Origin: Cellvibrionaceae bacterium
Lineage (GTDB): Bacteria; Pseudomonadota; Gammaproteobacteria; Pseudomonadales; JAILXX01
Length of the DNA stretch: 64,000 nucleotides
Direction: 5' to 3'
NCBI GenBank assembly: GCA_045430295.1
Contig: JAILXX010000005.1
Location: 22,345 to 86,344, forward strand
Of the stretch, positions 1-9,834 are shown piece after piece. Each line of letters starts with the position of its first letter. Position 1 is the stretch's first letter. The notes beneath the pieces were generated by a model, which worked only from the letters and a program-made list of their open reading frames with translations, ran no database searches and was not told where the DNA came from. The translations under genes were made by a program, and so were the position numbers.

Positions 1-1
1 A

Positions 2-418
2 GAGTCGAACCGTGCCTACGAAGCGTTTTTTTTCATTAAATACGTAGTGTAGTTTGAACTCATTCCAAAAAACGCCTTTGGTATTTTCATTAATAAGGCT
101 GTCGTCGAAAGATTTTTCCATCACCACCTGATTTTTTTCATTTTGAACTTGAATGCCGGTTACCAGGGGGGATTTGATAATGCCATTGGTGGTGATATCC
201 AGCTGAGTGTAATCCAAAAGCCAAAGGGAAGAGGCTAAGGTGCTCTTGAAGGCGCTTTCCGTGACTCTTAGCTCTTGCTGAATGTCTTCTTTGGTGGAAC
301 TGTACTCTAGATAAACATGGAGTGCGGTGGTGACAAAAGTAAAGATAAAGTAGAGAGAGAGCACAATTTTCAGCAGGCGCCGGGAAATGGAATGTTGAAA
401 TTTGACTCTACTGATCAT
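2..418 (-). CDS. N-terminal part (runs off window edge) of a membrane-anchored sensor protein (histidine kinase or GGDEF type)
   Basis: Manual translation from ATG at 418: MISRVKFQHSISRRLLKIVLSLYFIFTFVTTALHVYLEY...LASSLWLLDYTQL; one TM helix then a periplasmic sensor-like region; open to position 2. Confidence 0.6.
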   Translation of the reverse strand, partial: MISRVKFQHSISRRLLKIVLSLYFIFTFVTTALHVYLEYSSTKEDIQQELRVTESAFKSTLASSLWLLDYTQLDITTNGIIKSPLVTGIQVQNEKNQVVMEKSFDDSLINENTKGVFWNEFKLHYVFNEKKRFVGTVRL

Positions 419-633
419 TACCGAATCTTTTTATGGTTGTTTTATGTATTTCAGCCAGTGAAAGTAGTTAGGGCCTGTTAATATATTGAATTATTAGGGG
501 TTTTTATTATCGTATAGGAGGCCCTTTTGCTCAGTATAGTTGAACACTCAAGCCTGTGTCGAAAAGTTCTTTCCATTGGTTTTTCTGTGAGTCAGTGCCA
601 TTATTGAGGGAGGTAAAGTGTGTAGAGAAGGCT

Positions 634-1428
634 ATGAATTTACTGCGTAGTTATAAAGCTGAGAGTTTGTGGGGGGCGGTGTGTAGGCGGTTTCCTTATT
701 TATTGGTGGTGTTAGTCACTTTTTCTGTATCGCTGCCAGCTGATGAGGTATTGCCCCTTGAAGAGCCGAAACAAACGCTGATTTTTGGCTATTTGGAATT
801 CCCTCCCTTTTATTACACCAATGAGCAAGGTGAGCCAGAAGGGCCCTTGGTTGATATGGCTTATGCCATTGCTCATAAGGCGGGGTATGGTGTGCGCATG
901 GTGTCTATGCCCCCGAAACGAGCAATCAACTTTGTTTCCATAGGAGAGATCGAGCTTTGGCTGGGCTTGGCGAGTAATGTTCTGTATAAGCAAAATATAC
1001 TGGTGTCTCAGTTTCCTGTAGAACAGCTTGAGCTGAAAGTATTTTCTGATCTGGATATGACCGATTTCACCCTTGAGCAGCTCCACGGTCGGAATGTAGT
1101 GGTGGAGCGTGGATACAGTTATGGTGGCTTTACGCGACAGCTTCGTGAGCCTGAGAGCGATATTACCCTGGTGGAAGTAAATAGTTTGGCTCAGGGAGTG
1201 AATGTGTTGCGTATACGAGAGATGGACTACTTGGTTGCCTACCAGCAATCAATTGATGATCTGGTAGAGACTCAAAAAAATAAGCCTCTGTTGGAGAAAC
1301 CGTTAAACAGCTATATCGTGTCCTACCTGCCGGTACATATGACTCTCTATAAGGATATGCCGAATGCCGAGGACATTATGGCTGAGCTTGAGCAGGCTCA
1401 GCGAGAATTGATGCTTATCAAGCAATAA
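634..1428 (+). CDS. Periplasmic substrate-binding protein, amino-acid ABC family 3-like
   Basis: EFPPFYY, G-x-x-VD and RGYSYG motifs; hydrophobic signal-like stretch; ORF track starts at 556, ATG 634 preferred. Confidence 0.75.
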   Translation: MNLLRSYKAESLWGAVCRRFPYLLVVLVTFSVSLPADEVLPLEEPKQTLIFGYLEFPPFYYTNEQGEPEGPLVDMAYAIAHKAGYGVRMVSMPPKRAINFVSIGEIELWLGLASNVLYKQNILVSQFPVEQLELKVFSDLDMTDFTLEQLHGRNVVVERGYSYGGFTRQLREPESDITLVEVNSLAQGVNVLRIREMDYLVAYQQSIDDLVETQKNKPLLEKPLNSYIVSYLPVHMTLYKDMPNAEDIMAELEQAQRELMLIKQ

Positions 1429-1441
1429 TGAAAAACACTCC

Positions 1442-1462
1442 AAATGATAAGTATTATCATTT
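1442..1462. promoter_or_regulatory. Fur box
   Basis: AAATGATAA-GTA-TTATCATTT inverted repeat matching the Fur consensus, ~70 bp upstream of an Fe(III) ABC operon. Confidence 0.9.
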
Positions 1463-1532
1463 ACATTTCATTCCTCATAGACTACTCTCCAGCCTTCATC
1501 TGAACCCTAAAAATAGAAGCTAGGAACAGACA

Positions 1533-2564
1533 ATGCGCGCAAAAATATTAGCGGCTGTTGCCACCTGTATGGCAGTCTTCAGCAGTGGCCTAAGTCAGGC
1601 CATGGAAGCCGGTGAGGTGAATGTTTACTCGGCCCGTAAAGAGCAATTGGTTAAGCCTCTGCTAGATAAGTTCACCGCGGAGACAGGTATCAAAACTAAC
1701 CTGATTACTGCCAAGGCAGATAAGTTGTTGACTCGCTTAGTGAATGAAGGGCGCAACTCTCCTGCGGATCTTTTTATCACGGTTGATGCGGGCCGCTTAC
1801 ATCGTGCTAAAGATAAGGGTGTACTGCAGGCGATTGGTAGCGATGCGATCAGCCAGCGTGTGCCGGCGCATTTGCGTGATCAAGACGACCAATGGGTGTC
1901 TTTGTCTCAGCGCTCGCGGGTGATCTTTTATGTAAAAGGTCGTGTAAAACCTGAGGAGCTATCGACTTATGAAGCTCTTGCCGATGAGAAATGGCGTAAG
2001 CGTATTTGTATTCGCAGCTCAGGCAATATCTATAACCAGTCATTAGTGGCGTCCTTGATCGAGGCGCATGGTGAAGTCGGTGCTGAAAAATGGGCCGCAG
2101 GTATTGTGGCCAACATGGCGCGCCCACCGAAAGGCGGAGATCGTGATCAAATTAAAGCGGCCGCGGCGGGGCAGTGTGATATCGCGGTGGCCAATACTTA
2201 CTACTACGGCAAAATGCTCACCAGTAAAAAAGATCCGGCACAGCTAGCTGCCGCTGAGAAGATGGGCTTATTTTGGCCGAATCAAAACGACCGCGGTACT
2301 CATGTAAATGTGAGCGGCGCGGCTATTGCCAAGTATGCCCCTAATCGTGACAATGCGCTGAAATTACTGGAATTTTTGCTTAGCGATGCTTCTCAGAAGT
2401 GGTATGGCGACGCAAATTTTGAATACCCGGTTGTCTCAGGTGTTGAGAGTAGTGATGTGTTAAAAGCTTGGGGCACTTTTAAAGCGGATAACCTCAATCT
2501 TTCCACCTTGGGGGTGAATAACGTTAAGGCCGTGAAAGTAATGGACAAGGCGGGCTGGCGCTAA
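1533..2564 (+). CDS. futA: Fe(III) ABC transporter substrate-binding protein (FutA/FbpA)
   Basis: Signal peptide; VNVYSAR, SPADLFITVDAGRL, IYNQSL, NTYY iron-ligand tyrosines, GTHVNVSG. Confidence 0.93.
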   Translation: MRAKILAAVATCMAVFSSGLSQAMEAGEVNVYSARKEQLVKPLLDKFTAETGIKTNLITAKADKLLTRLVNEGRNSPADLFITVDAGRLHRAKDKGVLQAIGSDAISQRVPAHLRDQDDQWVSLSQRSRVIFYVKGRVKPEELSTYEALADEKWRKRICIRSSGNIYNQSLVASLIEAHGEVGAEKWAAGIVANMARPPKGGDRDQIKAAAAGQCDIAVANTYYYGKMLTSKKDPAQLAAAEKMGLFWPNQNDRGTHVNVSGAAIAKYAPNRDNALKLLEFLLSDASQKWYGDANFEYPVVSGVESSDVLKAWGTFKADNLNLSTLGVNNVKAVKVMDKAGWR

Positions 2565-2599
2565 GGAAAATCAAGTCAGCGCCTACGGCGCGAATGCGG

Positions 2600-3042
2600 T
2601 ATAGCCCCGCGCAGGGTGAGCATGTAGATGCTCACCCTTTTTGCGTTTTAATGGACGTTTGATGTTTGAAGTTCGACGAAGTGCGTAGCCCGCGATCAAA
2701 AATTGCTCCTGCATTTTTGAAGTACCCTCCATCCGTGGAGGGTAATAGCACAGCGGCATGCGGGACTCGGAGAAAAGAATTCTGCTGGATGCCAGATCAA
2801 GTCTGGCATGACGGGTCTAGATAAATTTTGAAAAAAGTGTAGCCCGGAGGTAGCGTAAGCGGAGTCCGGGGGAATAGCCTAGACGTTTCTCCGATCTTGG
2901 ATTATTGCGTAGCCCGCGTATAGCAACGCGACACGCGGGATTCTCGATGAAAAGAATCTTGCCGGATGCCAGATCAAGTTTGGTGACGACGTTGCATAAA
3001 TTTTGATTGAGATTGTGTAGGTCGGCCTAAGGACGACCTACA
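2600..3042. repeat. Mosaic cluster of REP-type palindromes between futA and the permease
   Basis: Several GTAG-led hairpins (gcgtagcccgcg twice, gtgtagcccgga, tgtaggtcggcc) alternating with ggatgccagatcaagt units (twice). Confidence 0.8.
2693..2745. repeat. 53-bp double-hairpin element, copy 1, nested inside a GTAG REP
   Basis: 45/53 identical (manual alignment) to the reverse complement of 49699-49751; an uninterrupted version of the host REP lies at ~2908-2940. Confidence 0.8.
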
Positions 3043-3122
3043 TAAGGCGTGTGGTTATGATATTGTTTTTTCAGTGTAAAGAAGCAGTAAACAAACCAAT
3101 GTGTAAGTAAAGAAGTAACCTC

Positions 3123-4781
3123 TTGGCAAAATATTTTTTACAAAAAGTACAGGCACTCTCCCTCTGGCAAATGGCAATTATCGCCATTGCCGTGATTTTC
3201 AGTGTGCCTACGTTAACCATTGTTTCTTTTGTGCTGTTGCCAACAACTGATACTTGGCAGCATCTCACAGAAACGGTCTTATCGGAGTACTTACTCAATT
3301 CTGCAGGCTTGGTCTTGGGGGTGGCTATTGGGACTTTATCCATTGGTGTAACGACAGCCTGGCTTACCAGTTTATGTCAGTTCCCTGGAAAAAAACTGTT
3401 TAGCTGGCTGCTGCTTTTGCCATTGGCAATGCCTGCCTACATTATTGCTTATACCTATACGGGCATGTTTGATTTTGCCGGGCCAGTGCAAACGACAATT
3501 CGCGAATTTACTGGCTGGGGTTATGGAGATTATTGGTTTCCAGAAGTGCGCTCCTTGGGTGGTGCCATTGCTATGTTATCCCTCGTACTTTATCCCTATG
3601 TGTATCTGTTAGCGCGAGCGGCTTTTTTAGAGCAATCCATTTGTGTGTTGGAAGTGAGTCGCTCCTTGGGGTGTACCCCGGCACAAAGTTTCTATCGTGT
3701 TGCACTACCACTGGCTCGGCCGGCGATTGTGGCTGGCTTGTCTCTAGCGTTGATGGAAACCCTTGCAGATTACGGCACCGTTTCCTATTTCGGTTTAACC
3801 GTTTTCACCACTGGTATTTTTCGAACTTGGTTTGGTTTGGGAGACAATGTGGCGGCTGCAAAGTTGGCGGCTCTACTGCTGTTGTTTGTATTTACTTTGG
3901 TAATGATCGAGCGAGCTTCTCGCAAGCAGGCTCGCTATCACCATACCAGTAATAAATATAGCCGTTTACCGGAGTATCAATTGCAAGGCTGGCGCGCAGT
4001 ATTGGCGACAATTGCCTGCCTGCTACCGGTGGTGTTGGGCTTTTTGCTGCCGGGAAGCCAGTTAGCCTATTGGGCCGTGTTAACTTTTGGTGAAATGGTT
4101 GATGCAAGTTTTATTCAATTAACCCTCAATAGCGTTTTGTTGGCGGCGGGCGCAGCCATATTATCTTTGGTACTTGCGCTGATTCTTGCCTATGGTAAGC
4201 GATTAATTGCCGGGCCTGCTGTGGCTGGTTCGGTTCGGGTTGCCAGTATGGGGTATGCTATTCCCGGTACGGTCATTGCGGTGGGGATTATTATTCCGTT
4301 TACCTGGTTAGATAACACTATAGACAGCTTTTTTCGTGATCACTTTTCAATCTCCACGGGTTTGTTGTTAAGTGGCTCTTTAATAGCTTTGGTGTTTGCC
4401 TATTTGGTTCGCTTTTTGTCTGTGTCGATTCAAACGGTGGAGTCCGGGTTAGGGAAAATCAAGCACTCTATGGATGACGCCGCGCGCTCTTTGGGTTATA
4501 CGCCCATGGAAAGTTTGCGAAAAATTCATATGCCATTGATGAAAGGCACACTTCTTACATCGGTATTGATTGTATTTGTGGATGTGATGAAAGAGCTGCC
4601 CGCTACGCTTATCTTGCGGCCCTTTAATTTTAATACGCTGGCTGTACGAGCATTTGAATTGGCATCGGATGAGCGCTTGGCGGATTCAGCCAGTGCGGCA
4701 TTAATGATTGTGTTAGCAGGGCTAATTCCAGTTATTTTATTGAGTAAAAGTATTTCTAAATCGCGAGCAGGTCATGACTAA
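3123..4781 (+). CDS. futB: Fe(III) ABC transporter permease (FutB/FbpB)
   Basis: Two-domain membrane protein; LPLAMPAYI, METLADYG, VMKELPATL motifs. Confidence 0.92.
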   Translation: MAKYFLQKVQALSLWQMAIIAIAVIFSVPTLTIVSFVLLPTTDTWQHLTETVLSEYLLNSAGLVLGVAIGTLSIGVTTAWLTSLCQFPGKKLFSWLLLLPLAMPAYIIAYTYTGMFDFAGPVQTTIREFTGWGYGDYWFPEVRSLGGAIAMLSLVLYPYVYLLARAAFLEQSICVLEVSRSLGCTPAQSFYRVALPLARPAIVAGLSLALMETLADYGTVSYFGLTVFTTGIFRTWFGLGDNVAAAKLAALLLLFVFTLVMIERASRKQARYHHTSNKYSRLPEYQLQGWRAVLATIACLLPVVLGFLLPGSQLAYWAVLTFGEMVDASFIQLTLNSVLLAAGAAILSLVLALILAYGKRLIAGPAVAGSVRVASMGYAIPGTVIAVGIIIPFTWLDNTIDSFFRDHFSISTGLLLSGSLIALVFAYLVRFLSVSIQTVESGLGKIKHSMDDAARSLGYTPMESLRKIHMPLMKGTLLTSVLIVFVDVMKELPATLILRPFNFNTLAVRAFELASDERLADSASAALMIVLAGLIPVILLSKSISKSRAGHD

Positions 4782-5817
4782 GCAACTGCAAGTAAAAAAT
4801 GTGAATGTCTCTTTCGGAAGTAATGCGGTATTGCATGATATTTCACTCTCGCTAGAGCAAGGCCAGATCGGTTGCATTCTAGGGCCAAGTGGTTGCGGTA
4901 AAACCACCTTGCTGCGTGTTATTGCTGGCTTTCAAGAGCCTACGCAAGGCTCTGTACTGTTAAGTGAAAAAGAAATTAGCTCTCCGTTTAAAAGTATTGC
5001 GCCAGAAAAACGCAATATCGGTATGGTATTTCAAGACTTCGCACTTTTTCCAAACCTTACGGTAGAAGAAAATATTTGTTTTGGTTTAAGAAAATGGTCG
5101 AAAGCGGATAAACAGCAAAGAGCAAAAGAATTGCTCGAGCTTATCGGGTTGAGCCACCTAGCAAGTTCCTATAGTCATCAGTTGTCTGGTGGTCAGCAGC
5201 AGCGAGTGGCGTTAGCGAGAGCCATGGCGCCGCGCCCTGAAATTTTATTATTGGATGAACCTTTCTCCAGTATGGATACGGAATTGAGAGAGCAGCTTGC
5301 ACGTGAGGTGCGTAATATTTTGAAGCAGGAAAATATTACGGCGATTTTGGTTACTCACGACCAGCATGAAGCTTTCTTGATGGCTGATGAAATTTGCGTG
5401 TTGAATAACGGCTGTGTTCAGCAGTTGGACAGTGGTTACAATCTCTATCATCAGCCTGTAAATGAGTTTGTTGCAGATTTTATTGGCCAAGGCGTATTTT
5501 TAAAAGGCGTGGCGGTTGAAGAGGGCAAGATAAAAACTGATTTAGGGCTAATCGAAGGCGATGCTAATCATTGCTATGTAGAAGGCAGCTGCGTCAGTGT
5601 GTTAATTCGTCCTGATGATGTACTTCACGACGACAACTCATCAGAGCAAGCCGTTATCCTCGATAAGGATTTTCGTGGAGCAGATTTTCTCTATACCTTA
5701 AAAATGCAGAGTGGAGTGGAGGTGCTTTGCTTGGCCCCAAGTCACCACGATCATCATGTGGGTGAAAGTATTGGTATTCGTTTGGATATCGATCATTTGG
5801 TGGCGTTTCCTCTCTGA
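4774..5817 (+). CDS. fbpC: Fe(III) ABC transporter ATP-binding protein (FbpC)
   Basis: GPSGCGKT Walker A, LSGGQQQR signature, LLLDEP Walker B; overlaps the permease stop codon. Confidence 0.92.
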   Translation: MTKQLQVKNVNVSFGSNAVLHDISLSLEQGQIGCILGPSGCGKTTLLRVIAGFQEPTQGSVLLSEKEISSPFKSIAPEKRNIGMVFQDFALFPNLTVEENICFGLRKWSKADKQQRAKELLELIGLSHLASSYSHQLSGGQQQRVALARAMAPRPEILLLDEPFSSMDTELREQLAREVRNILKQENITAILVTHDQHEAFLMADEICVLNNGCVQQLDSGYNLYHQPVNEFVADFIGQGVFLKGVAVEEGKIKTDLGLIEGDANHCYVEGSCVSVLIRPDDVLHDDNSSEQAVILDKDFRGADFLYTLKMQSGVEVLCLAPSHHDHHVGESIGIRLDIDHLVAFPL

Positions 5818-5979
5818 TAGTTAAGATGATCCCCTGTTGAGTCTGTAATGAAGTTGAAAGGAGTGACTGAAATCGCTAAACATAATAAAAACATGTTTAG
5901 CGCGTAGGTTTTTTATTCCTTGTCTTTCTGTGTCGTTCTTCTGATAAGAGTATTGAGTTTCTGATTAGGAGAAGAAGTG

Positions 5980-6087
5980 ATGGAATTTACGGTTAAGTTA
6001 TATCAAGTGGCGATGAAGGTACTGATCCTTACGGTTGTAGCTACTATAAATACATTTGCTGGATTTAAAGTCTATTTCAATTTGTAA
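5980..6087 (+). CDS. Putative 35-aa small membrane protein
   Basis: AGGAG at 5967-5971, then MEFTVKLYQVAMKVLILTVVATINTFAGFKVYFNL*; below the ORF-track length cutoff. Confidence 0.45.
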   Translation: MEFTVKLYQVAMKVLILTVVATINTFAGFKVYFNL

Positions 6088-6161
6088 GTGGAAATATGGG
6101 ATAAATTTTCTAGGGTTTTAACGTAAGCCAGAGAAAATAATGAAGGTATGATTAAATAATA

Positions 6162-6866
6162 ATGACTTCAGTTCGTGAGAAAATCGTCGTATTTACCGGT
6201 GCTGGTGTTAGCGCGGAAAGTGGTATTCAAACTTTTCGCGGAGACACAGGCGTGTGGTGCGATCATGCCATTTCAGATGTGGCCACCTATGAAGGCTGGT
6301 TGCGAGATACACAGTTAGTCTTAGATTTTTATAATCAACGCCGACGTGATATTGCAAAGGCAGAGCCCAATCCTGCACATGTGGCTATTGCAGAGTTACA
6401 GTCGAAATATGATGTGGTGGTGGTAACTCAAAATATTGATGATCTCCATGAGCGAGCGGGTTCAAAAAATATTATCCATGTGCATGGCGAGTTGACAAAA
6501 GCCCGTGGTACAGACCGAGAAAATACCCTGTGTGATATTGGGTACCAGGATTTAACGCTAGAAAGTCGTTGCCCGAACGGGAGTCAGTTGCGTCCTCATG
6601 TGGTTTGGTTTGGGGAAGAAGTGTTGGGTTATGCTGAAGCTCAGCAGCATTTTCAAGAAGCGTCAAAAATATTGGTGGTGGGTACTTCCCTTGCTGTTTT
6701 TCCTGTGGCCAACCTGCTTAGTGCAGCTTCTCCTCAAGCTGAAAAAATTATTGTAACTCTAGATGTTGAGCGAGTGCCTAGTGGCTACCAGTTGATTAGG
6801 GAAGAAGCCGGTAGCAAGGTGCCCCATGTAGTGGACTGTTGGCTCAGAAGTTTGCCGTTAGATTGA
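6162..6866 (+). CDS. cobB: NAD-dependent protein deacylase (sirtuin)
   Basis: GAGVSAESGIQTFR, TQNIDDLHERAG, HG, LRPHVVWFGE, VGTS motifs. Confidence 0.92.
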   Translation: MTSVREKIVVFTGAGVSAESGIQTFRGDTGVWCDHAISDVATYEGWLRDTQLVLDFYNQRRRDIAKAEPNPAHVAIAELQSKYDVVVVTQNIDDLHERAGSKNIIHVHGELTKARGTDRENTLCDIGYQDLTLESRCPNGSQLRPHVVWFGEEVLGYAEAQQHFQEASKILVVGTSLAVFPVANLLSAASPQAEKIIVTLDVERVPSGYQLIREEAGSKVPHVVDCWLRSLPLD

Positions 6867-7006
6867 TTCCTTATGCCATTGATAGATGGCGCTGCACGTT
6901 TCTATACCTATTTCATTAATAGATCGCCTTTAGCCTATTTTATTTCATTGGTATCTTGGACTATGGTTAATGCTCATAACCGTAATTTTTTCGGTGGGAG
7001 ATTGCT

Positions 7007-7243
7007 ATGAAAACAATGACCTGTGAGCAATTGGGTGGCGCTTGCGATGTGACGTTTAGTTCAGAAACATTTGATGATATAGGTGCGCAATGCAAGGCAC
7101 ATAATATGGAAATGTTTAAGAAAATGGACCCTGCTCATATGAAAGCGATTACCAGCATGATGGCCTTGATGGCAAAACCAACTGAGTTTCAAGAATGGTT
7201 GGCTGGGAAAAGGGCTGAATTTGATGCGCTCCCTGAAGACTAG
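7007..7243 (+). CDS. Small protein, DUF1059-like
   Basis: MKTMTCxQLGGACD N-terminus with a later His; GGGAG RBS. Confidence 0.7.
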   Translation: MKTMTCEQLGGACDVTFSSETFDDIGAQCKAHNMEMFKKMDPAHMKAITSMMALMAKPTEFQEWLAGKRAEFDALPED

Positions 7244-7404
7244 ATTGTGACTTTCTGGTCAGGTTTTATTTCGACAATAGTCGTATAGCTGCTGTCATCT
7301 AACTGCAGTAACATTGCTCAATAGTCAGAAAAGCTGTTTAAAAATTACAAAGCAGCGACATCTAAATTTTTTAGACACTATTGATTAATGCCTGGAGTTT
7401 AAGG

Positions 7405-9309
7405 ATGAGTTATCAGTCTCAGTACAAAGAATCTATTGAAAATCCCGCCGGCTTTTGGGGAGAGAAAGCCAAAGACTTGGATTGGTATACGCCGCCCCAG
7501 GAAATTCTGTCCACAGACGAAAATGGTTTCTATCGCTGGTTCAAAGGTGGTTCACTCAATACCAGCTACCTAGCGTTGGATACACACATCAGTGCTGGTC
7601 GAGGCGATCAAGCCGCCTTGATTTTCGATTCCCCTGTTACCGACACCAAAACTACCTACACCTATGCTCAACTTCGAGATGAAGTCGCCTTGTTTGCAGG
7701 TGGTTTGAAATCCTTGGGTGTGACTAAGGGTGAGCGTGTCATTATCTATATGCCCATGATTCCCCAAGCCGTGATTGCCATGTTGGCAGTAGCCCGCTTG
7801 GGTGCTGTTCACTCCGTAGTATTTGGTGGTTTTGCGCCGAAAGAATTAGCAGTGCGCATTGATGATGCAGAACCTAAAGCCATTGTTACTGCCAGTTATG
7901 GTATCGAGGTTACAAAACGTATCGACTACAAACCACTCGTGGATAAAGCCATTGAGTTTGCCGATCATAAGCCAGAAAGCGTGGTGTTGTTTAAGCGGGA
8001 AGGCGATGCATCGAGCATGGCTGGCGCTGGAAATGTGACATGGCAAGCGTTAGTTGCCGGGGCAGAGCCCGCTGATCCTGTGCCTGTAGATGCCACAGAT
8101 CCACTTTATATTTTGTATACCTCTGGCACCACGGGAAAGCCTAAAGGCGTGGTGCGAGACAATGGCGGCCATGCGGTTGCTCTTAAATACAGTATGAAGG
8201 CAATTTACGATATTGAGCCCGGTGAAGTGTTTTGGGCTGCGTCCGATGTAGGTTGGGTAGTTGGCCATTCGTATATTGTTTACGGCCCTCTCCTAAATGG
8301 CTGTACCACGGTAGTGTTTGAAGGTAAGCCCATTAAAACCCCAGATGCCGGCGCCTTTTGGCGTGTGATATCAGAGTACGGAGTGAAATCTTTTTTTACC
8401 GCGCCTACCGCCTTCCGAGCCATTAAAAAAGAAGATCCAGAAGCAGCGCTTAAAGAACAGTATGATGTCAGTTGTTTAAAAGCGGTGTTCTTGGCGGGTG
8501 AGCGCCTCGATCCACCAACCTTAGAGTGGTTGCACGATAAAGTGGATGTGCCGGTGATTGATCACTGGTGGCAAACCGAAACCGGTTGGGCCATTGTGGG
8601 TAATGTGAAAGGCATTGAGTTGTTGCCGGTAAAAGTAGGTTCAGCCACAGTGCCTCTGCCCGGTTACGATGTGCGCATTCTTGATGATGAAGGCAATCCG
8701 GTGCCTGCCAATGAAAACGGAAATATTGTGGTGAAACTGCCACTACCTCCTGCCTGCTTTCCGACACTTTGGCAAGACGATGCCCGCTTCAAAGAAAAAT
8801 ACTTGAGTACGTTTCCAGATTATTTTGAAACCGGTGATGGCGGCTATATTGATGACGAGGGTTACGTGTTCATTATGGGGCGGGTTGATGACATTATTAA
8901 TGTGGCCGGTCATCGATTATCAACGGGTACCATGGAAGAAATTATCGGTGAACACAGTGCCGTGGCGGAATGCGCAGTCATTGGTATTCACGATGATTTA
9001 AAAGGTGAAGTGCCGGTGGGTTTTGTGATTTTAAAAGCCGGTATGGACGTTAATGAAAGTGAACTTGAAAAACAATTGATTCAATCTATTCGTGAACACC
9101 TTGGGGCTATTGGGAGTTTGCGTAGTGTGGCTGTGGTGCAGCGCTTGCCGAAAACCCGTTCCGGAAAAATCTTGCGGAAAACCCTTCGAGAAATTTCAGC
9201 AGGCAAAGACGTTAACGTGCCAGGGACCATCGAAGATACTACTGTGATCCCTGAAATCACTGAAGTTATGAAAGCCCATAATATGGTGGTACCGGTGGAG
9301 CATGCTTAA
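7405..9309 (+). CDS. prpE: Propionyl-CoA synthetase / acyl-CoA synthetase
   Basis: YTSGTTGKPKG, RDNGGHAVAL, DHWWQTETG, PKTRSGK acylation-site lysine. Confidence 0.88.
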   Translation: MSYQSQYKESIENPAGFWGEKAKDLDWYTPPQEILSTDENGFYRWFKGGSLNTSYLALDTHISAGRGDQAALIFDSPVTDTKTTYTYAQLRDEVALFAGGLKSLGVTKGERVIIYMPMIPQAVIAMLAVARLGAVHSVVFGGFAPKELAVRIDDAEPKAIVTASYGIEVTKRIDYKPLVDKAIEFADHKPESVVLFKREGDASSMAGAGNVTWQALVAGAEPADPVPVDATDPLYILYTSGTTGKPKGVVRDNGGHAVALKYSMKAIYDIEPGEVFWAASDVGWVVGHSYIVYGPLLNGCTTVVFEGKPIKTPDAGAFWRVISEYGVKSFFTAPTAFRAIKKEDPEAALKEQYDVSCLKAVFLAGERLDPPTLEWLHDKVDVPVIDHWWQTETGWAIVGNVKGIELLPVKVGSATVPLPGYDVRILDDEGNPVPANENGNIVVKLPLPPACFPTLWQDDARFKEKYLSTFPDYFETGDGGYIDDEGYVFIMGRVDDIINVAGHRLSTGTMEEIIGEHSAVAECAVIGIHDDLKGEVPVGFVILKAGMDVNESELEKQLIQSIREHLGAIGSLRSVAVVQRLPKTRSGKILRKTLREISAGKDVNVPGTIEDTTVIPEITEVMKAHNMVVPVEHA

Positions 9310-9365
9310 TCAGATTTAGCGGAACTTCTATAGCTGTCTAGCAATACGCGTAAAGTGCTTTTAAC

Positions 9366-9389
9366 CGCCCAGTTACTACTGGGCTTTTT
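9366..9389 (+). terminator. Probable intrinsic terminator
   Basis: cccagt-tact-actggg hairpin followed by a T run after prpE. Confidence 0.55.
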
Positions 9390-9480
9390 AGTGGAAACTA
9401 ACGTTTTAATAGAGCCTAGCATTGGCCTCTATTGATTTGTCATATGTTGAGTAGACTGGCGACTACTGCATAATCATTGG

Positions 9481-9834
9481 ATGAATTTTACCGTGGTAAA
9501 ACAACAAGAGTTTGTGGATTACGTTGTAGACCTGATGCAGTCCATGGGCCCTGTTTATTCTAAGAAAATGTTTGGTGGTTACGGTCTTTTTCTGGACGGA
9601 TTAATGTTCGCATTGATCGCGGATTGCGATCTATATTTAAAAGTAGACCAGGAAAATAAAGCAGAGTTTGAAGCCCAAGGTCTACAGCCCTTTCGTTATC
9701 AAAAGAAAGATAGGACTATTCAAATGTCTTATCACCAAGCCCCTGAAGAGGTTATGGAGGATTTTACGGCCATGAACGTCTGGGGTAATAGCGCCTATAA
9801 GGCGGCTCTGCGATCAATAAAAGTTAAGAAATAG
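9481..9834 (+). CDS. TfoX/Sxy N-terminal domain protein
   Basis: KKMFGGYGLF, MFALI, LYLKVD, PFRY, MSYHQAPEE motifs. Confidence 0.88.
   Translation: MNFTVVKQQEFVDYVVDLMQSMGPVYSKKMFGGYGLFLDGLMFALIADCDLYLKVDQENKAEFEAQGLQPFRYQKKDRTIQMSYHQAPEEVMEDFTAMNVWGNSAYKAALRSIKVKK

Noticed and set aside
2600-3042. Possible CRISPR array
   Set aside because: Units are heterogeneous palindromes without identical direct repeats or regular spacers; no cas genes
6162-6866. Sirtuin (and the beta-CASP gene at 61896) as anti-phage defence components
   Set aside because: Both are stand-alone housekeeping-type proteins with no defence partner genes or extra domains
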